Assembly: GCA_963717145.1 (NCBI GenBank)
Contig: OY970325.1
Location: 1,472,001-1,536,000 of the forward strand
Length of the DNA stretch: 64,000 nt
DNA from: an uncultured Armatimonadetes bacterium
Lineage (GTDB): Bacteria; Armatimonadota; UBA5829; DTJY01
Direction of reading: 5' to 3'
In this document: positions 10,419 to 19,877 of the stretch, piece after piece
Numbering within the stretch: the first letter of the stretch is position 1
How the letters are laid out: every line of letters starts with the position of its first letter
Made by a program: the position numbers and the translations under genes
Notes under the pieces: generated by a model
Database searches by the model: none
Told to the model about the DNA's origin: nothing
What the model saw: the letters and a program-made list of their open reading frames with translations, nothing else

Positions 10419-10430
10419 CAGGAGGGCGAC

Positions 10431-11282
10431 ATGCGCTACCTATGTCTGGCAATCGGGCTCATACTCCTGGCTTTGGGAATCTTCGGATTCGATGGCCGGG
10501 CCGGGCGGATACTGGACCCGTATCCTCCGCTGCGGGGTCTCGATTCGAGCAGACAGCAGATGGAGTGGGTCGCCCATTTCGTGAGGGAGTACCGGGTCAC
10601 CAATGGGCACTATCCGTCCAACGATGAAGGTCTGATCCTCATTACCGATACGATTCGGCGCGCACGTGCCGACGAGCACAGGTCAACCGATGGCGACACT
10701 CCCAAGTGGCCGGGGTTCCGGCCGGGCCAGTTCGACGGTATCTCCGTCACTTCGCTTTGGGACGAGCCCTTCATCTACGAGAACCGCCGAGGGATCCCGG
10801 CAGCCAAGTTCGCCGGATCGATGGTGGACGCGGACAAGGACCGAGAGTACTCGGTCCGGGTGGATGACGGCGTGTATATCTGGTGTCTCGCCGCCGCTAA
10901 GCTCGACGAGATACATCACTCCCGTCTGAGAAAGAGAACTCCGATCAGAGCATCGCTGATCGGCCTCGGTTCGTTGTTGGTCCTTGCCTACCTGATTCCC
11001 ACCGTCAGATCGGTCGATCGATCCCGACGGGGATTCCCTGCATACCGAGAACTGCTGGGGTCACTCGCAGGTGGCTTCGGTGTCGGCGCGCTCGTGTTCA
11101 TATTCCTCTCGCCCCTGTTCGCCCACGTCTCGTGCTACAAGATGGCGATCATGCACCCGCCGCGCCTGCGCGAGGGTTACGAGGAGTTGATGACCAGGTA
11201 CCGGGATCAGGGCGTGATCAGCGATGAGGCGTATGAGAAGCTGATCCTATCGGTCAGCAAGTATCGAAACCACCGCCGATAG
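10431..11282 (+). CDS. Membrane protein with GspG/pseudopilin-like domain and CY-SHOCT-like tail (paralog)
   Basis: YRVTNGHYPSNDEGL...LWDEPFIYEN; AGGAGG RBS; same architecture as 9621-10418. Confidence 0.75.
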   Translation: MRYLCLAIGLILLALGIFGFDGRAGRILDPYPPLRGLDSSRQQMEWVAHFVREYRVTNGHYPSNDEGLILITDTIRRARADEHRSTDGDTPKWPGFRPGQFDGISVTSLWDEPFIYENRRGIPAAKFAGSMVDADKDREYSVRVDDGVYIWCLAAAKLDEIHHSRLRKRTPIRASLIGLGSLLVLAYLIPTVRSVDRSRRGFPAYRELLGSLAGGFGVGALVFIFLSPLFAHVSCYKMAIMHPPRLREGYEELMTRYRDQGVISDEAYEKLILSVSKYRNHRR

Positions 11283-11319
11283 AGGACATCCGGCAGCCGC
11301 AGTCTAATGCGGAATGAGC

Positions 11320-11345
11320 GGGAGGGCGTTGAAGCCCTCCCCTAC
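11320..11345. repeat. Single GTAG-type REP (reverse orientation)
   Basis: GGGAGGGCGTTGAAGCCCTCCCCTAC, similar to copies at 30281 and 44847. Confidence 0.6.
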
Positions 11346-11362
11346 CGTTTGTGAGGACATGA

Positions 11363-11893
11363 ATGAGACGAGTTGCCGTCATTGGATGCGGGGGAGCAGG
11401 TAAGTCGACGCTCGCGAGGGAGCTTGGCTCGATCCTTGGCATCGAGGTCATCCACCTGGATGCGCTGAACTGGAAGCCGGGATGGGTCGATACCCCGACA
11501 GAGGAGTTCCGGGCGGTGCAGGATGACCTCTTGAAGCGCGACTCCTGGATCATCGACGGCAACTACGGGGCCACGATGCCCGGCCGCCTCGCCGCGGCGG
11601 ATACCGTTGTGTTCCTGGACTACCCTACCCTCCTCTGCCTCTACCGCGCCATCAGGCGGATCATCCATTACTATGGAAGAACCAGGCCGGACATGGGTCC
11701 GGGTTGCCCTGAGAAGTTCGACCTGTCCTACGTCAACTGGATCCTCGGATTCCGCAGGCGGCCTCGGACATCGATTCTCAGACGGATCGAGGAGCACTGT
11801 GAGGGCAAGAGAGTGATCATCCTGCGCAGTCCGAAGGAGGCGGAGGCGTTCCTTCGAGAGCTGTCTCGGCACACCCCGACAGAGGCAGCGTAA
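11363..11893 (+). CDS. Adenylate-kinase-like P-loop protein (FlaR / DNA topology modulation family)
   Basis: GCGGAGKST, IHLD..WKPGW, WIIDGNY, RPDMGPGCPEK. Confidence 0.85.
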   Translation: MRRVAVIGCGGAGKSTLARELGSILGIEVIHLDALNWKPGWVDTPTEEFRAVQDDLLKRDSWIIDGNYGATMPGRLAAADTVVFLDYPTLLCLYRAIRRIIHYYGRTRPDMGPGCPEKFDLSYVNWILGFRRRPRTSILRRIEEHCEGKRVIILRSPKEAEAFLRELSRHTPTEAA

Positions 11894-13259
11894 CCGTGAA
11901 CTTCGTCCCGACGCCAACCGCGCTCTCCACATCGACCGTTCCTCCATGAGCGTCCGCTATCGTTCGCACTATGGAAAGCCCCAGTCCCGTTCCATCAAGT
12001 GTGAGTTTTCGGGCCTCGTCACTGCGGTAGAACTCCTCGAAGATGCGTTCCTGTTCCGCGTCGGGTATGCCGATGCCTGTGTCTGAGACCACTATTCGCA
12101 AGCGATCATCAGCTCCACCAACGCGCACGGTGACGGTCCCGCCCTGGTGCGAATACTTGATCGCATTGCTGACCAAGTTGGTGAGCAGTTGCTCCAGCCC
12201 CTCGGGGTCGCCGCAGATGACAGGAGTATCACCCCGTCTATCGGTAATCACGTTGATGGACCTGGCCCGGGCGTATTCCTCATGCAGGCCAACGACGGTT
12301 TCGATGAGCTGCTCGATGTGAATCTTCTTCCGTCTGGACGAGGGCAGCCTCTCCTCAGCGGCCGCGAGGATGAGAAGGTCGCCGACGACCGCAAGCAGTT
12401 CGCGCGTCCTGCGCTTGGCCCTCAGTATCATCTCGCGGGCATCCGGGGAAACCTCTCCGTGCAACCCATCGGCCACAACTCGCAGCAGGCTGTCCACCGC
12501 CGCCAGCGGAGAACGCAACTCGTGCGCCACCTTGCGCGTGTAGACGCGTTTCGCCTCATCAAGCCCGGCGAGATCATCGTAAGCGATCTGGAGCATATCC
12601 GCATTGTGGCTGACCTTCCGCAGCAGTGTAACCACCTGATCCTCCCGGAAGCGCAGACGGCTGGCGGTCGATGTCGCAAGGTAGACCGTCCCATAAAGCG
12701 CGGTCGCCATCACCCAGACAGCCCCGAGGACCGAGGTCCCGTTCACGTGCATTCCGGGGAAAACCATGCCAATCGGTGAGTCGTAGTGGGGAAGCAGTTC
12801 AAAGTACTCACCGATCGCCATGATCGCGAAGATGGCCAGGGCCACCGTGGCCTGTGCATAGGCGGCTCGCCGGGAGAGCAGAATGCTTGCGATCACCATG
12901 TGGAAAACGAAATAGAAGCCAAAGAGGTTCTCGATACCGCCTGAGAAGTGGATGAGCACTCCGAGGATGACCAGATCGCACACGATCTGGATGTTCGCCA
13001 GCCGTGAGGAGATCCTCTCGATATGCTCGACCCCGACGCGGTTGACCTGTCGCCAGTCCAGATAGGCCACCAGGTTGTAGCACGGGATGGCGCATGCGGT
13101 GACGTACAGGCTCAACCATGGAAGAGAGCTGTCGAATGCGAGGCGCGCGACCAATATCGTGGCGGCAACTCCGACAAACGCAAGCCAGCGGAGGCGGATG
13201 AGCCACCCGATCCGATCGATAAGCTCGAGTTGCGAGAGGCTGAGGTCGTCATTCTCCAT
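11817..13259 (-). CDS. Membrane sensor histidine kinase
   Basis: Multi-TM N-terminus; AHELRSPL H-box, NLVSNAIKY, DTGIGI, GTGLGL. Start estimated. Confidence 0.9.
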   Translation of the reverse strand: MENDDLSLSQLELIDRIGWLIRLRWLAFVGVAATILVARLAFDSSLPWLSLYVTACAIPCYNLVAYLDWRQVNRVGVEHIERISSRLANIQIVCDLVILGVLIHFSGGIENLFGFYFVFHMVIASILLSRRAAYAQATVALAIFAIMAIGEYFELLPHYDSPIGMVFPGMHVNGTSVLGAVWVMATALYGTVYLATSTASRLRFREDQVVTLLRKVSHNADMLQIAYDDLAGLDEAKRVYTRKVAHELRSPLAAVDSLLRVVADGLHGEVSPDAREMILRAKRRTRELLAVVGDLLILAAAEERLPSSRRKKIHIEQLIETVVGLHEEYARARSINVITDRRGDTPVICGDPEGLEQLLTNLVSNAIKYSHQGGTVTVRVGGADDRLRIVVSDTGIGIPDAEQERIFEEFYRSDEARKLTLDGTGLGLSIVRTIADAHGGTVDVESAVGVGTKFTVTLPLSGCAETALEGTPPPPSDCAG

Positions 13260-13272
13260 GACGAGTACGGCC

Positions 13273-13686
13273 CTATCTCTTACTTGCCAGGATAGCTTCG
13301 ATCTTCGCAGCAAGCCGATCCGGATCCAGAGGCTTCTCGAGGAATCCCTGGACAGGCAGGTAATCTCCACTTTCGTCGGAGTCGCCTTGCCCGAAGCGGA
13401 ACCCGGTGGTCTGATGGATCGAACTGGCGACGATGATCGGCACTTCTCGAAGCGACGTATCCGTGTGATGCCTGATCTTGGAGACCCACTGGAATCCTTC
13501 GATCCCCTGCGGCATCATGATGTCCAGGATGATCAGATCGGGCCTTGCTTCCTCCAATGCCTTGAACCCCGCGTCAGGACCCTCCGCTGTGACGACCTCG
13601 TAACCCCGGTCCTGGAGGAGAAGCTTCGTCGCGTCACGGTAGTCAGGATCGTCATCGACAATCAGGATCTTTGACTTGCTCGCCAT
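13273..13686 (-). CDS. Single-domain response regulator
   Basis: ILIVDDD, PDLIILDIMMP, LEKP. Confidence 0.9.
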   Translation of the reverse strand: MASKSKILIVDDDPDYRDATKLLLQDRGYEVVTAEGPDAGFKALEEARPDLIILDIMMPQGIEGFQWVSKIRHHTDTSLREVPIIVASSIHQTTGFRFGQGDSDESGDYLPVQGFLEKPLDPDRLAAKIEAILASKR

Positions 13687-13871
13687 ATGTCCTTCACCTC
13701 TCTGGAACAAGCTCTGTGGCGTGTTCCGTTGATCAGAAACTGACTTAAGTTAAGAGTATGTCAAAACCCGGCTTTTGTCAAATTCCCATGGCTTTCACTG
13801 CTATGCAGGAGCATCCTCACCGGCCAAACTTGACATCACCCAACCCGCGTGGTACCTTACCGGTGATAGAG

Positions 13872-15539
13872 GTGACCACATTGGATTCAGCCACACCGAA
13901 GAGCAACCGGGCGACGCCGATCACCGCGCCGCGGAGCATCCCCCTGATCATAGCCTGGGTTCTGGCAGTTGCGGCCATACTACTTACAATCGCGATACGC
14001 ATCCGACTGCTGGGAACACCGCTGGAACGCGACGAGGGCGAGTTTGCATACATGGGACAGCTCATCCTCAAAGGAATCGCCCCATACAAGGTCGCCTACA
14101 ACATGAAGCTCCCCGGCATATACGGCGTCTATGCCCTGATCATGGCAGTCTTCGGACAGACGGTGGTGGGGATCCACATCGGGCTTCTTCTGGCGAATCT
14201 GGCAACAAGCATACTCGTCTTCCTGCTCGGCCGACGGCTATGGAATACGCAGGTCGCGCTGATCGCCGCGGCGACCTATCCGATACTGACAATCGGACCG
14301 GCGGTCTACGGGCTCTCGGCTCACGCCACGCAATTCCAGATGCCGATGGTCCTGGGGGGGAGTATTCTGCTTCTGAAGGCTCTGGAATGCCGCAGATACG
14401 GTCTATTGTTCTGGAGCGGCCTGCTGATGGGGATGGCATACGTCACCAAGCAGCAGGCGATCATGTTTGCTGCCTTCGGGGGATGCTATCTGGTCTGGGC
14501 GCTCCTTCGCTCGCGGGAGTTCGAGCTGCCGCTGATCCTCAAGCGCGCCGCCATCTATGCACTGGGGGCCGCCATCCCATTGGCCGCTGTGTGCATCATC
14601 GTCCTGGCATCCGGAGCGTTCGGCAAGTTCTGGTTCTGGACGTTTTCCTACGCACGCCAATACGTAAGCTTGATCACTCCAGACGCAGGACTCGGGCTGC
14701 TCACCTATACATCCTCATACATGCTCGCGTTCATCCCGTGGCTGGCAGCACTCGGGGGCATAGGCTTGGCCGCTGTCTGGATTGATAGGATATCCCGAGA
14801 GCGTGCAGCGTTTATCACAGCTTTCCTCCTGTTCGGGTTCCTGGCGACGGCCCCCGGACTCTATTTTCGAGCCCATTATTTCGTTCTGGTCATGCCCGCC
14901 GTATCGCTGCTGATAGGCGTCGCGGTAACGTGGACGAGCCGCCTCCTCTCGCAGTTGAGATTCGCGGCCTTGCTGCAGGTTCTGCCGCTCGTCCTGCTGG
15001 CCGCTGCGGCGGCACAAACGATAGCGGTGAGCGGTGAGTTGTTCTTCAAGTCGACACCAACCGAAGCCTCGCGAATCGTGTATGGGGGCAGCCCGTTCCC
15101 GGAGTCGATCGTCATCGCTCGTTACATCAAGGAGCACACGAAGCCTGGGGAGAAGATCGCAGTCCTCGGGTCCGAGCCTCAGATCTACTTCTACGCCGAC
15201 CGTCCCTCAGCAACCGGCTACTTGTACGCGTACGGCTTGGCGGAGGTGCAGCCTCTCGCCCACCAGATGCAGCAAGAGGTGATTCGCGAAGTCGAGTCGG
15301 CTAAGCCGAAGTACATCATCTACGTGAACCTTGGGGGCTCTTGGCTGCTAAGAACCCGCTCGGACCGGACGATCCTCTACTGGCTTGCTGACTATGCGGC
15401 CTTGCACTACAAGGTCGTCGGCCTGGTGAATATTGTTTCGAGCGACCAGACCGACTACTATTGGGGCGAAGATGCGGACTACTATGCCCCTGCAGTCGCT
15501 CAGGGCATCTGCATCTTCGAGCGCAAGCCTGATCGTTGA
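13872..15539 (+). CDS. GT-C superfamily (ArnT/PMT-like) membrane glycosyltransferase
   Basis: LERDEGEFAY, KLPG, TKQQ, many TM helices, periplasmic tail with GSEPQIYFY. Start estimated. Confidence 0.75.
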   Translation: MTTLDSATPKSNRATPITAPRSIPLIIAWVLAVAAILLTIAIRIRLLGTPLERDEGEFAYMGQLILKGIAPYKVAYNMKLPGIYGVYALIMAVFGQTVVGIHIGLLLANLATSILVFLLGRRLWNTQVALIAAATYPILTIGPAVYGLSAHATQFQMPMVLGGSILLLKALECRRYGLLFWSGLLMGMAYVTKQQAIMFAAFGGCYLVWALLRSREFELPLILKRAAIYALGAAIPLAAVCIIVLASGAFGKFWFWTFSYARQYVSLITPDAGLGLLTYTSSYMLAFIPWLAALGGIGLAAVWIDRISRERAAFITAFLLFGFLATAPGLYFRAHYFVLVMPAVSLLIGVAVTWTSRLLSQLRFAALLQVLPLVLLAAAAAQTIAVSGELFFKSTPTEASRIVYGGSPFPESIVIARYIKEHTKPGEKIAVLGSEPQIYFYADRPSATGYLYAYGLAEVQPLAHQMQQEVIREVESAKPKYIIYVNLGGSWLLRTRSDRTILYWLADYAALHYKVVGLVNIVSSDQTDYYWGEDADYYAPAVAQGICIFERKPDR

Positions 15540-15607
15540 GGCTGCCGTTTCCAGATCAGACTCGCCGGGACTTCCCGCAAGGTTGGCCCTATCGCGTGCC
15601 CGAGCCC

Positions 15608-17040
15608 GGGTGCATTCGCGTTGAGTGGGTAGCAAGTAAGGAAGGAGTCTCCTGTAATAGTCGGTAATGGTTTGTTGAAGGACAAACATTCCGAAAGGAG
15701 ACTCCCAGAGAATGCTTACACTTTTGCACACAGACTCCCTCCTTCAGGCCGCTCGCGACTTTGCGCGCAGCTACATCGATTGCACGGACTTAGGGTCAGC
15801 CGAGGAGCGTATTCAGATCCTGGCGCGTCAGATTGCCGGCGCAATGATGAGTGAGGTTGCCGCCAAGATGAGCGGAAAGCCCACCTACAAGGGTGTTGGG
15901 ATAGAATGCGAATGCGGCAGACTGGCCAGGTTCAAGGGATACCGGAAACGCTTCATTCGGACTTTGCACGGAGACATAGAGGTCGAGAGGTCATACTACC
16001 GTTGCGACCATTGCAGGCGGGGCTACATTCCATGGGACCGCGAGCAGGGGCTGTCCGAGAGAGTATGGACCGCCAGAGTGAAGGAACTCACCGCCTCGAT
16101 CTGCGCCGCGCTTCCATATGAAGCAGCCGCAAGGCTGATCGAGCGAACCACGGGTATTGCGATCGAAGAGAGCAGCGAAGAAGAGATAGTCCGGGATGTT
16201 GGGGAATGCCTCCGCCGAGAGGAGCAGGAAGCGATCATCTCTGTGGTAGACACAGGTGAAGAGGTCTCCTGCGAGGCGACGCCACAGAGGCTCTACATTG
16301 GCATAGACGCGGCCAAAGCGCACACCGATGGCCAGTGGCATGACATCAAGACCATGGTGGTATACGAAGGCGTTCCGGCTGCAGGCAAAGACACGGATAC
16401 CGTCACCAACTCGCGCTACATAGCGGCGCAAGAGACGAGCGACGAGTTCGGGAGACGGGTATACACCAGAGCACTGCAAGCCGGCTATGACGGGGCAAAA
16501 GAGCGTATAGTGATCGCCGACGGCGCAGACTGGATATGGAGAGAGGTCAGGAATCATCTGCCGGAGAGCATCAAGATCATCGACTACTGGCATGCCTGTG
16601 AGCACATATACGGCTTGGCGCGGACACTCTACGGAGAGGGGAATCCCAAAGGGAAGCGCTGGGCAAACGAACACTGCCGGAAGCTTAAAGAGAAGGGGCC
16701 GGGGAGTCTGCTTAGAGCCATGAAGCGGCGCAGAGCACGAAACGATTCTGAGAGGGAAGCGCTTCGGATCGAGACAGGCTACTTCAGAAAGTACCGCAAG
16801 TACATGAACTACCCGGCATACAGGGCCAAGGGGATGATGATAGGCAGCGGTCCGGTGGAAGCGGCGTGCAAGGTGATAGTAGGCCAGAGGTTAAAGCAAG
16901 CCGGGATGCGATGGACGAAGGACGGCGCAGATGCAGTGCTCGCGGTGAGAACTGCCCTCCTAAGCGGCGAACTGGCTCGGATCGAGCACGCAGCACGTGC
17001 CGCCTGAGCCGTGCTCTACCCACTCTGAGGAATTCCACCC
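15608..17040 (+). mobile_element. ISKra4-family (Mutator-like) insertion sequence, complete
   Basis: Imperfect 25-bp terminal IRs GGGTGCATTCGCGTTGAGTGGGTAG / CTACCCACTCTGAGGAATTCCACCC; 9-bp target duplication CCCGAGCCC at 15599-15607 and 17041-17049. Confidence 0.88.
15712..17007 (+). CDS. ISKra4-family transposase
   Basis: Zn ribbon CECG...YYRCDHC, ADGADWI, DYWHACEH, IGSGPVEAACK, KQAGMRW. Confidence 0.88.
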   Translation: MLTLLHTDSLLQAARDFARSYIDCTDLGSAEERIQILARQIAGAMMSEVAAKMSGKPTYKGVGIECECGRLARFKGYRKRFIRTLHGDIEVERSYYRCDHCRRGYIPWDREQGLSERVWTARVKELTASICAALPYEAAARLIERTTGIAIEESSEEEIVRDVGECLRREEQEAIISVVDTGEEVSCEATPQRLYIGIDAAKAHTDGQWHDIKTMVVYEGVPAAGKDTDTVTNSRYIAAQETSDEFGRRVYTRALQAGYDGAKERIVIADGADWIWREVRNHLPESIKIIDYWHACEHIYGLARTLYGEGNPKGKRWANEHCRKLKEKGPGSLLRAMKRRRARNDSEREALRIETGYFRKYRKYMNYPAYRAKGMMIGSGPVEAACKVIVGQRLKQAGMRWTKDGADAVLAVRTALLSGELARIEHAARAA

Positions 17041-17056
17041 CCCGAGCCCTGACGGC

Positions 17057-18418
17057 CGTGTTGCCTCATTTAACTTTGTTACCGAAACGCCATTCGTTGC
17101 GTCATTGATAATGTTACCAAGTAGTGTGTTCAAGTATGTCAGATCGGCTCTTGATCGCCGCTCAGGGCCGCGCCTTGCTCGCTTTCGATCTGTCTTTATT
17201 CGGCATCCTGTCAAGCTTTGATGATAGCCTGTGGATGCGTCTTAGTAGCTCCACCGGGTTCGTCGCTCTACGTTCTTTATCGAGGCGATCCTTTGCTTCA
17301 TCGTCAAGCCATCCTTCAACACTTATCAGCTTGCGGTACGGCGTCATCGCAGGCTCATAGCGTTTGATCACTTTACTCCCAATCCGCTCCTTTTCTTTAA
17401 GACGCATCATGGGCTGACAGAAGTTGTGATACGCCACGATCAGCGGATATATCGCCTTTAGTACCGCAAGCTGCTCGTCCGTCTCGAATCGCCGGTAACC
17501 TATAAACTGCCGGACTACGCTCCAGTTCTTCTGCTCTACATGACATTGATCGTTCTTCTTGTAAGGCCGACTGCGCGTAAACGTGATCCTGTGCGCTCGA
17601 CAGTACTTGTTCATGTGATGGTTGATGAACTCGCCGCCGTTGTCGGTATCTATGCCTCTGACTGCAAACGGTGCGCTCTTGGACGCGGACTGCACCGCAA
17701 GCACGGTTCCGTGCTCCCCTCGGCCTTTCATTCCATCAAGCGCTACCCATCCGGTCGCTACATCAGTCATAGTCAAAGTATACAGGAACTCTCCGCTCCC
17801 GTCACCTCCGCAATGACCCACCAAGTCCATCTCGAAGAACCCAGGCTCAGCTTCATCCCAGTCGGCAAACGTCCTCACCGGGATCTGAGACCGAAGCAGT
17901 GTCCCCGGCTTTGTTAAGGTCCTCCCTGTTAGCGATAGGGCAGACCGCTCCTTCTTCATCAACCTGTCGATGCTCGACGCGCTGATCGAGTTAAGCAGCC
18001 TCTCTTCTTCTGGTGTAACCGTTATCTCCCCGAATGACTCCAGTATGGGTAGAAACTCAGTCAGAAACGGCTGCAGACGCTTACCGCACGCGTAGAAACT
18101 CGCAGCCCAGAGTGTCTTCAGCTTGTGGGCTATCGGCTCGTATTTCGACTTCCTTGCGCGTCTCACTGGACTCCTCGCTGGTGGAACTCCTTTCGCGAAC
18201 AGCCTCACCAGCGACTTCCTGTGGTAACCGGTCAATCCCTGGACTTCACTCAATACCAGCTTCTTCTCCGATTTGGTGGCTTTGCCATATTCTTTGCGTT
18301 TGCGCCTCACGACTTCTCTTACGGATGCAGTTGTCATCTTCTCCATGCCTCAGTTTCGGTAACATTCTTATCTGAGGCAACGTTTCCGTTTCGGTAACAT
18401 CGTTCGTGAAGCAATTCG
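17057..18418 (-). mobile_element. Insertion sequence with rve/DDE transposase and reiterated end motifs (family uncertain)
   Basis: 5-bp duplication ACGGC at 17052-17056 and 18419-18423; each end has two copies of GTTGCCTCA-N6/7-(A)TGTTACCGAAAC-like motifs in inverted orientation. Confidence 0.82.
17162..18346 (-). CDS. Integrase-core (rve) DDE transposase
   Basis: EMDLVGHCG, IDTDNGGEFIN, FTRSRPYKKNDQCHVEQKN. Confidence 0.88.
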   Translation of the reverse strand: MEKMTTASVREVVRRKRKEYGKATKSEKKLVLSEVQGLTGYHRKSLVRLFAKGVPPARSPVRRARKSKYEPIAHKLKTLWAASFYACGKRLQPFLTEFLPILESFGEITVTPEEERLLNSISASSIDRLMKKERSALSLTGRTLTKPGTLLRSQIPVRTFADWDEAEPGFFEMDLVGHCGGDGSGEFLYTLTMTDVATGWVALDGMKGRGEHGTVLAVQSASKSAPFAVRGIDTDNGGEFINHHMNKYCRAHRITFTRSRPYKKNDQCHVEQKNWSVVRQFIGYRRFETDEQLAVLKAIYPLIVAYHNFCQPMMRLKEKERIGSKVIKRYEPAMTPYRKLISVEGWLDDEAKDRLDKERRATNPVELLRRIHRLSSKLDRMPNKDRSKASKARP

Positions 18419-18501
18419 ACGGCTTGCACATCCTCCCCGTTTTCGTGTATCCTATGGTGGTGTTTTGGCAATACTACGGCTGAACGTATAGAGGTAGAGA
18501 T

Positions 18502-19866
18502 ATGGCCATCAAGGTTCTACTCCCGATGCTGGGCCAGACGATGGAAGAAGGTACCATCATCCAGTGGTTCAAGCAGGAAGGCGATAGAGTCGAGAAGGGC
18601 GAGCCCCTGCTCGAAGTTATGACCGACAAGGTCAATATGGAGGTCGAGTCCCCGGACGCGGGCATCCTCCGCAAGATAATCGCGCAGCCTGATGAGACGA
18701 TCCCGATCATGGCGATGATAGCGATCCTGGGCACAGCGGACGAGCCGATCGACGCGCTTCTCGCCGATGTTTCGACTCCACCATCCGCTGCCAAGGTGAT
18801 CGAGACCGAAGAGGAGGACGTTCTCTCGTCCACACCGACCGCGCCCGCGCTTTCGATCGAGACGCCCTCATCTTCACCATCCAGAGTGTTCATCTCCCCG
18901 CGTGCCCGCAGGTTGGCGCACGAGAGCGGCGTCGAGGTCGACGCGCTCGTCGGACGAGGCACCGGTCCTGAGGGCCGAGTCGTGGAGAGAGACGTCCGGG
19001 CCTATGCAGCGGAAGTACAGGAGGCCGGATCGGTCAAGGCGACCCCACTCGCCTCAAAGGTGGCGGCCGACAAAGGCATCAACCTGCGAGAGATCGTCGG
19101 CTCGGGCCCGGGCGGCAAGATACTCCGCGACGATGTGGATCGAGCAGTCGCCCCCAGACCCGCGATCCCGGCGCTTCAGGGCCGGGTGATCCCTTTCACA
19201 GGCATGCGCAAGATGGTTGGCGATGCCGTTGCCAGGAGTGCGCAGACCGCGCCCCATGTGACTCTTATGCTGGAAGCGGACATGACGGAGACGGTCAAAG
19301 TCCGCGGCCAGATCCTTTCCGAACTGGAGCTGAAGTACGGAGCCAGGATTTCGTTTACGGATTTCATCGTCAAGGCGGCCGCACGCGCGATCCTGGATCA
19401 TCCGATCGTGAACTCCAGCCTGCAGGGAGCGGAGATACGAGTCTTCGACCAGGTCAACATCGGGGTGGCGGTTGCGATCGAGGGTGGCCTGATCGTCCCG
19501 GTCATCAAGAATGCCGACACCAGGAGCCTCGTCGAGATATCGATGGAGTTGAAGCGACTCGTGGACAAGGCGCGGGCAGGAACACTCTTGCCGGATGAGA
19601 TCAGCGGCGGCACTTTCAGCATCACAAACCTCGGGGGTTACGGCATCGAGGCATTCAACCCGATCATCAGTCCCGGCCAGAGCGCGATCCTGGGCGTGTG
19701 CCGAATCGTGGACAAGCCCGTCGCGATCAAGCGACAGGTTGCGCTCCGTTCGATGATGAACCTCTGCCTGTCATTCGATCACCGGGTGATGGACGGCGCG
19801 CCGGCGGCTCAGTACCTCCAGAGATTGAAGGAACTGCTCGAGTTGCCGTACCAGTTGTTGATTTAG
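18502..19866 (+). CDS. 2-oxoacid dehydrogenase E2 (dihydrolipoamide acyltransferase)
   Basis: Lipoyl domain VMTDKVNMEVES, two subunit-binding repeats (GTGPEGRV, GSGPGGKI), catalytic FDHRVMDG. Confidence 0.92.
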   Translation: MAIKVLLPMLGQTMEEGTIIQWFKQEGDRVEKGEPLLEVMTDKVNMEVESPDAGILRKIIAQPDETIPIMAMIAILGTADEPIDALLADVSTPPSAAKVIETEEEDVLSSTPTAPALSIETPSSSPSRVFISPRARRLAHESGVEVDALVGRGTGPEGRVVERDVRAYAAEVQEAGSVKATPLASKVAADKGINLREIVGSGPGGKILRDDVDRAVAPRPAIPALQGRVIPFTGMRKMVGDAVARSAQTAPHVTLMLEADMTETVKVRGQILSELELKYGARISFTDFIVKAAARAILDHPIVNSSLQGAEIRVFDQVNIGVAVAIEGGLIVPVIKNADTRSLVEISMELKRLVDKARAGTLLPDEISGGTFSITNLGGYGIEAFNPIISPGQSAILGVCRIVDKPVAIKRQVALRSMMNLCLSFDHRVMDGAPAAQYLQRLKELLELPYQLLI

Positions 19867-19877
19867 GAATGTTTTCA

